The position numbers were made by a program, and so were the translations under genes. A stretch of 64,000 nt of DNA from Balanoglossus misakiensis (lineage: Eukaryota; Animalia; Hemichordata), in NCBI GenBank assembly GCA_040954595.2, contig CM082586.2:1989124-2053123 (forward strand), given 5' to 3'. This document shows, one piece after another, positions 1 through 13,600 of the stretch (position 1 is its first letter; every line of letters starts with the position of its first letter). The notes beneath the pieces are model-generated. The model had not been told where the DNA came from. It searched no databases and worked only from the letters and a program-made list of their open reading frames with translations.

Positions 1-2661
1 GAATTCAACAGGTGGTTACTGGCGGAGCAGAGGAACGAGTCACGTGACACCCGACAAAAATGACCGTTAATATACTTTGAGTTATACTACGGCCATGTCC
101 ACATCTTTCTCCAGCTCAGCACTGAGTAGAAATGAAAATCTGCACGCGAAAATTAATCGTTATTGAGTACTGTTGGGTGTTTCAATTCAACCGTGGACGA
201 CACGGCTGAAGGATGGAGCGAATTCACACAAAAAACACACACACCAAGCATTTAATTCACACAGTGGTCATTTGACAAGATATAAATGGTCATCGGTCAA
301 TTACATGGAGTGTTTGTTTATTTTAAACAAATCCATTTATTGCACCATGAATGGCATGATTGGCCTGGCCCTTCCTATAACCACAGACAATTTTCACAAA
401 CCCCCCGAGGCCGGAGTCTTTCATTGTGTTAAGGGGGACTACACGACGTACGTACCAACACAGACCAGGTCCCACTAACCCCTCCCTCGTTTTAGGACTG
501 CCATCTCGGATGGACAATTTCGCTTCGTTAATTTATCAGTCTGGGGGACTTCTTTCTTCGCTCGCGCATCAAAAGGGGGTATTTTTGACCTTTAGTTTTA
601 CGTGGGCTTCAACACGCCCAGCCATCCACCCGTAAACTTCGTGTTGTTACACGCCGCGCCGAAGTCCGATTCTTTTTGTGCGCGGCTCAATGGATGCACC
701 TGTCGCCGCATTTTTCTGGAAAGAAAATTAGGTGGCAATCACCGCGAAGGACGAGTCAAACGTGCAACTTGCTGGGAATAAGACCGTGTAGATGGACCCA
801 AAGTAAATATGGGCGAAAAGCAAAAAAGTCTTAGATATATAAACAAACAGAAATCTCAGCCACCTCTGTTTGTAGATATTTTCACTGATGCGATAGGGTG
901 GATGTTGAGTGGTGTCAATCGAGGTCGATTGTTCGCTGAATAAACCGATTGGAAATGATGGGCTGGGTCGTTTGGAACTCTGAATAGCCCCAAGGCTGGG
1001 TGAGTTTGTCGAACCGAAGATGCCTTTCTGGCAGGTAACAATGGTGATGAAAACGCGGGTGCACTTTTACAGATTGGGGTCGTGGCTTCGTCTCTTTTCC
1101 GTCTGGTTCATCGACCAGACACGTTTTGTCCGCGGCCATGCCACTCTTTCTCCCGATGGAATCGCAGAAGAATACCGCGGACGGCGAACCTAGGGATTCG
1201 CCTGTCTGTTATCTGCGGATAGGGACCCTAAACGATACAGGTCGGGACTAAAGGCCAACTAAGACAACCCCCAAGCACAACAGACTTTCAGAGAAAAAAC
1301 ACATCTCCCATTTTCCCTCTGGGCGTATATAATATAGGGCGACGCGCATCGAGAAACCAGGTTGAACTGAACAAATAAACTCCAGAATCGCGACAAAACT
1401 CTCATTGTGCGAGTCATTTTGTAAGACATTTCAGAATTCGAATATATTTCCCGACAGACAGCTGACAAAGAAGAATAGTGGGGTGTGAAAATAAGGACGG
1501 TCTGGATAGAAACCGTAGGCTTGAATTCGGATTTCGTCACGCAATTACACGTGAAATCACAACACCACTTCAGAATTTTTTAGAACTCATATTTACACAA
1601 TCGGCATCATTGGTTTCTTTTCGTATTTGACTCTTCTTGTGCAGATACGGCTCCGGATGCAACTTCTCAATGAACTCGTATAAATGCACACTGAGGACGC
1701 ATGAATATATCCGATACTCAGTCAAAACACACAAAGTGTATATATGCAGGGACCTGTAATTGATTCGATGCCGCGGGCAATGTACAATGCGTATTCAACA
1801 CACACCTTCAAAAACCTCTTTGCGGGCAGGGTTTCTTGTTTCAAATAAGGCCCATTTCTTTTTTCGCTTTAAAATAAAACCCAAGCTTTTCACAAGTTTC
1901 TGGGGTCAGCCAAGCTTACAGTTCGCTCTCCAACTTGGAGATATACCTCCGTGGATTTTAGAGCCGCCTAATTGAGCAACATTTCACACCCGGTTTGCTG
2001 AGATCATGCCCCGACGTGGAACACCTGTGAGTGTCTGTTTTTGAAGTCATGCCAGATCAGACCCTGTAAATTGCGCTGACGCAGCCATGTGAAGAAATGA
2101 TATTAAAAGAAAGAGAGTAGGTTTTCATTGATGCGTTGCGCGTTGTCTGGTGCGTTGCAAAAGTCAAAAGGTGAATCGGGCTCAGTCTATATGGCGTTAT
2201 TTTTACCCAAAACTTTTTCGTGTCGAACACACCTCCAACGCGTCCCCTCTTGAGGTTGCGCGCGATGACATCCCCCTCCCAACATGCAAGATAGCAGTTA
2301 GGAGAATGGTTATGACACGACGCAAGGCAGAGTTTGACAAGTGGGGATAGGGTACTACTGTCTATTGTCCAACAGAAAACACTTAGCATATACGTAAGCG
2401 GGGTATTGTTGAGGTGAATAGCTTCTTGTTAGAATCCGAAGTCTCTCAGGACATAAACCCAACAACTACGTCATAAACATTGAAAATAAATCCATCAATT
2501 TGCACATTTTATAACCTGTTTGAACACTTCGAGATGTCGGGTTTTATCGACGAGCGGGTTCTTGAAATTCCTCCAGCAAAAGAGGAAATGACGTAGCGGG
2601 AATTTGGGACACTGTATATCATAAAAAAGACTTTTAACGCGCGACAGGGTTAAAATGATAT

Positions 2662-2804
<143 letters not shown>

Positions 2805-4856
2805 CGCCATCAATCATACTTATTAATCCCAACTGTACTATGCTACGGTATTGTAGCTATCGATATCTCGTTCATAATATCATCGCGTGCTCCTATAGTA
2901 ATGCATTTTGGCAATAAGACGAGGCCAATCACGTGGCCTCCCACATCACTTCCATTCCATCATCGGTAAGAGAAAAAGAGGTTAATGACCGATCGGGTAA
3001 TCAGCCTCGATAAAATGTTTGCACCTCCCCAGATCAAAGACCTGGCATCAATTAAAGAAATTACCACCAATCGGCCTTTCTGTTCATTGCAATGTAACAA
3101 TAGTCCTGACGTCCCAGTTTCCTTCACGCCACAGCCTCTTTCAATCCGACAGAGCACCCGAAACACCCAGTCCCTGTCTCACCAAGGGCGGGTTATCGAC
3201 CATTGAATCCACCATCATCTATCCAACCCATTTTGCACAATACACGTTCGAATTATTAACTCTTATTCGACTTATTAAAGAGTGGGAGAATGCCAGTAAG
3301 AACAACCCTGTACGACTGTACAGACTTCGCACAGTATTTATGTCTCTCTAATATTATGCAGGAGTAATTGTCTCTTAATACGCATTTGAATTCTCAGGGT
3401 GACCATACCCTTTTCAACTACAAGCTTGTCAGAGGAGAGTAACGCCACCCGGGGCGAGGGATGATCGCGGTTAAGTGATGATAACGCTCGTTTCTCTGCA
3501 TGTCGTGTATCTCTTTCGTCATTACCCTCTTCTGATTGACAGTTGAAGGTCCATTGTTCATGGCGTGGCTTGACGATCAAAAAACGACGTTTTTTACGGG
3601 CTCGGCTTCTGAGAAATCCGTGAAACTTGTTCAGACAACTCTCGCTGTCCCCCGTTCGATGTCCAGCCGACAAGAGCAATTAGAGTGGTAATTTGCTATA
3701 GATATGGCACTCTTTTATTGCCCAATTTACATTTCTATGTTTATGAGCCCAAAACGGTGCCGCATCGGAATTACTGACATTTGACTGTCACAAACTCACA
3801 ACGACGGCTGAGAACGGATTATATCACTGTCGAACTCCATAGCCACGGGGCGGTAATTACACTTCCTCGCCAATTGAACACACAAAACCAAGAGAGTTGT
3901 TTATCGCGGCACACAAGAGAGACAGTGTCCCTCCTAATTTGTTTTCGGGTCTTTAAGACCACCTCGGGCAACTCAAACAGCGTGACTGACTGTGTAAGGA
4001 TCTACCTTGCATAAAATTGATACATTGTAGCGATTAACGCATCTATGGTAACGTCTTCACAATAGTGGACCACTTTGCGAAATCTCCCGAAACGACACCG
4101 AAACATCGTTTCTGTAGAATTGACCGATTTTTATTATCCCGACTTTATTTTACAAGACACAATGGATTACTTAAGAAACAATGCCGGCGATACTTAGACC
4201 CAAGTTAATAAACTTGATACAAAGATTCTGAGCGTCTATAAAGGTTTTGCAAATGCAAATGTGGCTTGCACAGGTCTCGGGTTTTTAAATTTTAAATCGC
4301 CAACCTGTTGTGTCATGTAGCAGCAAGAACCAGTATCACTTGAATTAAAGCGTGTACGCAGAAACACTTTGGCACAATGGTAAGGGGACTATTTGCAAGA
4401 AAACAACAGAAGAGATCGGTTGAAAACAAAGACGATCTAAATGCACATTTTTATAGGGGCTCAGGGTTTGAGGTATAGTATCTCTCTATCCGCGGAGACC
4501 TGTGGTAGCTTCATGTTCTATCTATCCATAACTCCCTCGCCTGTACAGGACTGTGTGAACATTTAATGTCAACAGAATTTAATGCGAGAGTCACGGATTG
4601 AGGAATACGGCTTTAAATCTTATTCTACTCTCAACCGAAACTCATAAAACGCGCTGATAAAGTTTACCGCTGACGTATGCAGGACGTGCGTGAAGATGGA
4701 AAATTTGGCTGTTAAGGTGGGAGCGACCACACAATGGCCGTATAACCACCATAATTGCCTATTGTAGTAAGATCTGTACATGATGAGAACGGGGCTGTAA
4801 ACTACATACTTGAGTGTCATTGCTGTCGCCATGGTGACCGCGCACGCCTTCTTTCC

Positions 4857-4950
4857 AGAGACGAGAGAGGGGGAAAGGAGATGGGAGGTGAGAGAGAGAG
4901 AGAGAGGGGAGGGAGAAAGGGGGAAAGAGAGAGGGGGAGGGGAGGAAGGA
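4857..4950. repeat. GA/G-rich polypurine low-complexity tract
   Basis: gagagagggggaaaggagatgggaggtgagagagagagagagaggggagggag... Confidence 0.85.
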
Positions 4951-7900
4951 CAAACACATAGAAATATGGAAATAGAGATGTAGCATACAAAGTATACGCC
5001 CATGAACAGTGATGAAGCGGTGGAATTGATGCCTTAAAAGGATACAAAATACGGGACGCCTGCCTTTCTAAGTGAACTCGTGAAATCTCTGTAAATAGGA
5101 ACAAAAGAAGAGCGGGGAAACATTTTGAAGTAAAGCATATTTTGTTTTGTTGATGATTTTGACCTTTTGCTCTTGAGCGGTTGAAGTCTATCGAAATCCT
5201 TCAGTTAATCCAATAAATACATTAAGCCGACGTTGTTAGCCCTTGTCAATTAGTTTCAGCGTTGGATTCATTTCGATGTTGAGACGGAACACTTTTGTCG
5301 CGGGCTCAGACGGAGTGCGCCTTGCCAAAACAAGCGGTGTAATCGGATCAGGTCTGAACACACACAAGGGCAAAACAGAACCACCTGTTAACGGGTCGCC
5401 TTACCCTCCAATTCCTTGTCCCTTACCGCGGAGAGAGAAGGACGCTGTGTTGGGATGGCAGCCAAATATCTCACCGAGAATTTCTACCATCGCAACAATG
5501 CAGCATACTTGGCTCAAATAATCGCTGCCATAGAACCCCACGTTTACCGGGTGCTACCGTAATCCCAGGGCTTTAAAGTCCAGACAGACCGGTCGATGAA
5601 ATGAAATTTTCGGTAAAATCGCGGGCGTTCAAACCGACTGTTGAAAATTTTGATGAAAATTTTACCCCGGGGATTGAAAGGCTGGACTTTGTGATCGGCC
5701 GCGGGAGAATTATCACCACGCCTGTCCTCAAATGCCTCGGCTCGCGGGGTGATGGTGAAATTCGACCCAGAATATCGGACAAGGAAAACTATCGAAAATG
5801 TCAAAATCAGACAAGGTTATAATATGGATTTATGAGTCGGTTGAGTTTCCTGACGAAAGACAAACGTCATGTACGTGCGCATTCTAAAAATCCAATTGAT
5901 TGAAAAATGGCTATTGATTATGTGATTTTTAATGAGTGCATTGGTTGAGTATATAAACGTCACACTTCGGACAGCGGTGCGTGATGGCCGCGTGCTGACC
6001 ACCTAAGACGCCAAGTGACCAGTGAAGTATGTCTGAGATGATAGCAAACGCTGTGTCCAATGTTTAATAAACAAAAATATAATCGAGGCGATGGAAGTTG
6101 AGTATTCCGTGCAGACAATATAAGAGAACTAAAGTGTTCAGTCAGTCAGTCAGTCAATTAATCGATCAACCATGAATCGTCGTAGTTCTAGGCCGCTACT
6201 TTGGTCATGCCAACAAATTACTGTCCAAAGGCTCGCTGCACGTGTCTAAGACCAGAAGCTATTTTTGAAACCAACTATGACGGGTCTCAATGGTTTGGAA
6301 AGCCCCGTAGCGAATGTTCCCCGTCTCACGCCAAATACTCAAAAGTTTGTCACGATGTGAATTTAACGAGTCTAGTTTTACGCTCTGCCCTTGACATCAT
6401 TAGCTTGAATGACGATAAAACGAGCCGAAAGTCAGTGAAACGGGACGATAATAGGAGTTAGCGATGGCGTAAAAAGTTTCGGCACGGGGTTGAAAAATCA
6501 GAGCGATACGGAACACTACATAAACAGTGACATATTAAACACGCGGACAAGTGGTTGAGAGCGACTCAGTTTTCTTGCAGTAACTCGAGTCGGACCGCTG
6601 GGGGTATGTCAAGCTATCAAATCTCGCTAACTCATCCCTAGCTACAAGGCCGCAGATCCCAGGGATGCGGACGGGGCAGGTCGTGTGTCGGGGCGTCCGC
6701 CGAGCGTTATGTGTATCAAATATTGTGGATCGCGTCTGGCGAGCAACCACAAATAATTATAAAGAAAGAGATCGCCGAAGAAAACGATTCTTTCAAAATA
6801 ATCCGGGATTGGACGGCCGAGTATGTTTGCTCTCGGCAGACATAATGCCAATTATTCGCCGAACTTATTACTAGCATTCAATTTGCTTATTTGAAATTAC
6901 AATAAAGTTCTTTTATTTCTCGATTTGTTTGTTTCCATAACTCGTTAGGCCTATACCACACAAAGTCATTGATTTTCGAGGCGCACACTAGCTCAACACA
7001 CAAACGAGACCCCATCAAGCTATAGTTCAATGTCAGAGCCAATGTCACTGGTCACGCGTGAATGACTACAGGTATCGTGGTCCCCCTTATTTCAATCACC
7101 AAGCTTCGAGTAAACCGATATCTCCTACATGCGTGCCAAACAGTCTGCTCTGGAGGTAAGCGAAAAAGACTGAAATCCACCCAACGGGGTAAAGCATCTG
7201 AAAAAAGTACATCCAAGCTTCGCTTTTCTCAACACTGGCCATATCGGGTTCTCCTCGTCTCGCATCTTTTATCCCTCGCCTTTTGTCTCGCTTTTCCATT
7301 ATCCTGAGAGCGTAATGGATATTCCCGCTCCAGGGAGGGAATCACCTTGGTCCGCCAAAATATTTGATTATTCCACACTTTGCCAGCGCTGCCGTGAATG
7401 AGAAAGCTGTCAGACCGCAGAGATTGAACGAACACACACAAAACAAAATCTTGGTGCTCGCGGAGATGATGTAACCGCCAATTTCGTATGATGCAAAGTT
7501 TTGAAACGTCAGAGAAACATCGCTTTTTTGACAGATGATCATTTTGTGCGGAATCACGTTTTTCAATTTCTAGAGGGTAGAATGAATCATTCAGACCAGC
7601 TTTTTAAAACAAGTATGCGCTTCGAAGCGCCGCTACTAACAAAAGGAAATTAGTTTGTAGGAGCTCCAACCTAATAATCTACAACCACACACATCATCGC
7701 TATATACAATGCAAATACCCTCGCGCCCTGAAGACAGTCATTACCAAACACTTCAAGATCAAAACTATGGAGGGGGGGGGGTGGAAGTCGCCTGTACGTG
7801 TGACTCAAGCAAAGGCAAAGCTAGTTTATGACGTCACTGGGAGACTGCGCTTGAATCAACAGGTGGTTTGGATGGAGCGTGATGGCCACCGGATTAGAGA

Positions 7901-10024
7901 ATGGGGCGTTGCCCGGTTGATGGTGACTTTGGTCGAAATGACATGATATCACATGCTCCCATACATGCTACACCATAGGACACTCCAGGAGCACAACAGA
8001 ACACAATACAACATCACAAATACCACAGAGTAATACAGTACTGTGCCGCACATGTGCACACACAAACGCCCAAACAACACTTCACTCTGCAGTTAAGGGG
8101 GACCCTGGCCAAAATACCTCGTCTCCATAGAGACCAACCTCTGCCATAACAGGCACACGGTCATAAATCCCCGGTGATACATACGTTTCGCAATATTAAT
8201 GTTGAAAAGGTCTTAAAACATACGTCCTCGTGCGGGCCACGGCCACGCCGACCTATGACACCACTCCGCAATGTACCAGCATGATCTATCCTCGCCGAGG
8301 TCAGAGGTCAACTCAAATAACCAACATCTTTAAAACCTCTCAAAAACATGTCAGATCTTGGAGATAAGGGGATGGGAAAATCATCGTCATGTGTACTTGT
8401 TTTTCAAAGTGACTGTGTCAGGGTACTGGTGTTGTTGGTTTTGTACATAACTCCCCAACCCCAACATCTCAAAATTTCAATCTTTCTACCACGATTCTAG
8501 GAATTGTCACACACCTGCACAGGCCCAGTCGAACAAACGATGATGGCACTACACCAAAACCTCGTATCCACAAAGGTCAAGGAATTAACTTATTTCTCTC
8601 TCAATGCATTCTAGTTAAAACAATACATCTATTTATTATCTTATAAATGTCAGCCTGGGGGATTTACTCAAATGACCTCTTGTGATATTGCCGTGGAATG
8701 TGGTAGGCTATTAGAGTCACCGTGTTGAAGATTTAAACCTATGTGCTAATTGAATGTGACGTGTACTGCCTTTCAGACCAACATTAGGTGGGTGGGTTGT
8801 TTGCTTGTTTGTCTGCCTGCCTGTCTGTCTGTGAGATGTCCAAATATATATTATTGGTATAACCATCCTGTTCAGGCGTGCTTTTTAATAAAAGGCCACA
8901 CTTAAGCCATCTTCAAGTGCATTTTCTCCGATATAATTTCTTCTTTCCCATATTTTCTACATCTCCAGAACTTTGTTGACATACTTCGAAATTTCTTAAC
9001 ACCCAAATGCAGGCAAAGTGTATAGGCTACATGTACTTTGTCGACCATGAATCATTCCGGTAGTTTTGAAGCCAGCCCCTTCACAAATCACCACGGGTCG
9101 TCACTTCTAATCGCGACTGGGGATCAGCTCGACTCCTAGATACCGTTGAACTTCAGGAAGCTCGGATAGATCGTGCTACTCTAGGTGGAGACGTCAAGTG
9201 CGTTTTCATGGACACGCATACTACCAGTTGCAGTGGTATCCCGAGAAGTGTATCCTGCATTCCAAGAATGCCACGGGGCCGATTCTGACGACCATGACAC
9301 TTCAAACTCAGACGACAGTTTCCTTCTATTGTAGATGGTCAAATCTGACCAAATTTCCTACTTCCAACTTTCCTCATGTTGTAAATAAATCTTTTTTTCG
9401 TAGTTATGATTGCATTGACATGTAAAACCTTCTGCAGGGTTTGGTAGTTGCTCTGGAACATGACATACGCCACTGTTTTCATGACTCCCAACTGCTCACT
9501 TTTTCATTAATTGCATAATCTCAATGAAAAGATATACATGAAGGATACGTGATTTGCCATCATAAGTTTCAGCTTAAAGCAACCGTACCCCTTTAAACAT
9601 ATTATGAAAAAAACCATACAATCCACTAGCAAAACTTAAGCCAGCACTCATGATAAATACGGAGCTTAACCAGGTGTTTAGATAACACCGTACCAGAACT
9701 ACATCAACAACAAGTTTTGATATATATTTCAATTTTGACATTTTAATACCAAACGCATATCCAGGATCAGTACATCTGATATCTACAAGTCACTCTTAGG
9801 CAATTCTTTATTGTTTCCATGGAGACAGCAGAGTGCAGGAAGAATGATTCGTGACAAAAGAGAACAAAAGGCATCATATATTCCATTTTCTGATTCCTTC
9901 CCCTGGTGGAGAAGGCTTAGTAAAAGTACTAAAACATATATGCGGACAGTTTAGTAAAGGGAAAATCGCTTCACTTTCCCGCTAAAGGTAGTATCTGTAT
10001 AAATCGAACATGAAAACAACAGCA

Positions 10025-10283
10025 GCCATAAATTTGAACAACCTTTTCAAAAAGTGCACTCGCAGACTTCCATAATTTATCGAATGTTGATTTTTTAACA
10101 ACTGTTGAATCAAACAACAGCAACAATAGCCATAGCAACAACAACCATAACCACAACAACGACAACAACAGCAGCAAAACACCAAATCCGGCGTAGATCA
10201 CTGTCGCCATTTTATCATGCCATAAATTTGAACAACCTTTTCATAAACTGCACTCGCAGACTTTCATAATTCATCGAATGTTA
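10025..10283. repeat. ~65-bp direct duplication flanking a (CAA/CAG)-rich microsatellite
   Basis: gccataaatttgaacaaccttttca..tgcactcgcagact..cataatt.atcgaatgtt occurs at ~10025 and ~10218. Confidence 0.85.
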
Positions 10284-10600
10284 TAACACACCATGCAGCG
10301 AACCCTCGATCGTGATTCGTCAATACGACGTCACGTGACCTTAGTCATTTCGAACTGTTCCCTAGGGAATCAGTTCGATTGGTTTGGTGTGTTATAAAAC
10401 ACATGATGACTGACATATTCGGGCAACAGTGTACTTTTGATGACCTCGGGACTGCCAGTCACACCAAAACAGTCTGTTTTCCCTCGGGCACTGTTTTAGT
10501 TGTGACTAGCAGCACCCTCGGTCATCAAAATACACTGTTGCCCTCATTGTCAGTCATCATGTGTATACTGTTGCCCTCATTGTCAGTCATCATGTGTATA
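10281..10600. mobile_element. Fold-back / MITE-like non-autonomous repeat made of nested inverted repeats
   Basis: 13-bp inverted repeat TTATAACACACCA (10281-10293) / TGGTGTGTTATAA (10385-10397); inner palindrome at 10351-10377; ~75-bp imperfect arms at 10399-10473 / 10490-10565; 33-bp tandem duplication at 10534-10599. Confidence 0.6.
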
Positions 10601-13600
10601 TTGATTTTTCTAACAACTGTTGAATCATAGACAACATTTATCAGACATTGGGGATACAGATTTAACTGACGTACTTCATCACAGACCGTCTGACCTGCTT
10701 GTAGAAATACTATATTTAGTGGCAGAGGCAAGGGTGTGCCCTGGGGGCCATACAGAACAAAATTTTAGTTTCTGCCATACCATCCAGGTAGAAATAAAGT
10801 ACATTAAAAATAAACCAAGTTAACAGAAAGTTGAGAAATGGTTTGATTACAATTTTGACATACTGATGGAGCTGAGAATCAACTAGTTCTCAGCAGTTTG
10901 ACATTTTATGCTTGAAGACGGAAAATCGTTTTCCTTCAGCACAGTTGGTTGGTTGTACTTTGTAATTAATAAGTATTTTATAACAAGAAACTAAAGAAAA
11001 CCTTCAGTTTTAGTACCTGTACCAAATACTTCAGTTACTCATGTAAGCACACTTTAAAGTTGTAGGACAAAACTCAACCGACAGCAAAGATCTGTCCTGT
11101 GAAAACTCATCTCTATTGCTGTAAACACAAAACTGGTCTGCTGTGTCACTGTCATGATTAATGACATTTTGAATTCAAAAGTGTGAGCAATTAATCCTGG
11201 ACATGTGACAAACCCGAAAAGAGCAATAGACAAGCCTCGTCCCAATCAGTCACTGCCGTTGCCCCGGCGACAGAAAAACATGATAAGGCCCAATTGGTAT
11301 TTTTAGGATTGGATGACAGTTTTACTAGAACCACTTGGTTAAATATTTCGCACCCATGCCAGCGGCTCTTCAGAAGTCCAACATAAAAAAAAAACAGTTC
11401 AACAGGATCTAGTTGTGTATAAAAAAAGTGTTTGCTAAGGAAATGTTAGTATTTTATGGTGATAATCTTGTCACTGCTTTGGTGTTTTTTGCAGAAATGG
11501 TTGTACAGTGAAACCAAAAGCAAACCCAAACGATGGCAACCACCTGTTGATTAAGTAGCCTCCCCTTCTTTTTCAACTAAAGAGAAATCATGACCATTTA
11601 TTGTTAACATCCCAGAGTTCTTGAACTCGCTTAAAGGTTCAGCAATTGATGTACTTGTGCTATTCCCAAGGCTCTGGCCTCCGGGCAAATCAATTTTCCT
11701 GGGTTGAGAACTTTTGTCATCGCCGATTTAAAAAGAACCTCATCTAATAATTGGCCATTGATCCTTCCATCCATCTCAGCTCAGTACCTTGCCTTTTCAA
11801 ATTTCTTGTTTATTCCATATAAAAATTTTGAAGTCTTTGTAGCATTATACAGACCTCAAAACAGCAGTGACAGAGCAAAGCAGTGTGATGCGTTTTTTGG
11901 CTGAGTCATGCTTGTTCGCTTTGGTGTCTGGCCCATCCCTGCCTGGAGTCAACAAACAACAAACTTGGGAAACAATGGGAGACAATGGGAGTTGAGACTC
12001 AGACTGTCTGACCTTGAAAATGTGTGAGTCGTTCCCTCAGGACTGCACATGCTCTGTGAAGATCACTTCAGCTCATGCACCTGGGTGCAGAGGATGTGAA
12101 TTTTTAATTGGTCGTGTGTTACAGTTGTGTTGAAATATAAACATTATAATTGTTGAATTACCAGAGAACAGACCAACCGACAGACAGACAGACTGACTGA
12201 ACAAACAGCATTTGATTTGTCCGGAGAAAGAAACGACAGATTCTGAAAATAACTTCCCGCCTTTAGTACTCCAGTGTTTGTATATATTGTCTGTTTGGTG
12301 TTTACCTTGTACCTTTTCGCAGTATGCAGACATGCAAGAACCGGTTGGTGTACTCAAAAGACTAACAATGTACTAAGAAAAAAAGATTCCAAGAAAAAAG
12401 GGGGATGAACAACTTATGTGACAGAAAAAAGCACTTTGTTGTTGAGAAAAATATAAGTTATACAAAATTAAGTGAATGAAAAGTGTAAATATACAGATAA
12501 ATTGAAATGATTTCTTAATGCGAGTTTCCATGACAATGCCCCTTTTCCGGAGAGGGAGAGGGGAAAGATTCAAACTGAATGATTGGCATTCAATTTCATT
12601 CTTGTCCTAGCATGCCTGGCCAAATATCAAGGTATTTTAAGATGACGGAGACATAGTTGAACCACTGCCACAAAATAGTATCAATACCTGCCCACACATG
12701 ATAGCCCAGACTTGATTGTCAAAATAAAGACCGGGAAAAAAACTACAAACAAATACAAACAAACACAGCAGTGGAGGCTGTCAAAATATTCCAACGTAGG
12801 CAAGGTGTCTGAGGAACAGGTCTAATGCGCTGACAGATCTCAATTCAAGAGATTCTTAATTTCCCACCGAGAAATTTTATCTGGTAAAAATATCTCCAGC
12901 AGAGATGCAGGTGTCGGTTTGCATAACCCCGTCCAGAAGCCTGGGTAAACACACTGAGAAGAGAAAAGTTCAACATTGGCCCTGACTGTAAACATGGCGC
13001 TGTTTATTTTTGTGTTCACTTGTAAAATGTAACACAGCCAAGTCGTGTTGATGTTGTACTGAGATATGGTGCTGACAGCGAGGCAGTGTTGGCTGTGCTT
13101 AGACAGGTGATGGTTGTGTGGGTGTAATGGAAGGAGAAAGACTTGGATGGTGGTGTACCTGCATGTGATGGAGTGTATTTGCAATGAGATGAGGTTCTCA
13201 AGATTCAAGATAGTGATGCCCTGAGTTTCAAATTGCACTCATAGACCATAATGTTTGTAATACTGAGGACAGGATCAGCATAGGCAGTTGTTTCTATAAA
13301 TATGCATTGTTGTGATGGGTACAAAAATCTAGAACTGTGATTATAGGAAGAAACTGTCGACTGAAATTGACAAGATCGATGAGACTGTCAGAGGGAGATA
13401 GATCTGCAGACATTAACAGAGATATATACAACACAGAGAGATGCCTGCAATGACAGTTAGAGGGTGGTTGGGGTTAGGAATCTATAGAGACTTGTATAGT
13501 CAAGCTGACCATCCCAGTACCATACACCACATGATAGAGTATGCTTGGAGAGAGTGAGATCTTTGGTCTCCCGAACCGCCATAAAGATATGTGCAACCAG

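Noticed and set aside
4620-5104. Several overlapping Pro/Ser/Leu- or Arg/Glu-rich ORFs
   Set aside because: Produced by the GA-rich tract.
9110-9330. GC-balanced, coding-like segment (VRFHGHAYYQLQWY...)
   Set aside because: No recognisable domain and no consistent splice sites in any frame.
9971-10210. Leu-rich and Cys-rich (CCCYGY) ORFs resembling a membrane peptide or keratin-associated protein
   Set aside because: They are translations of the (CAA/CAG) low-complexity repeat.
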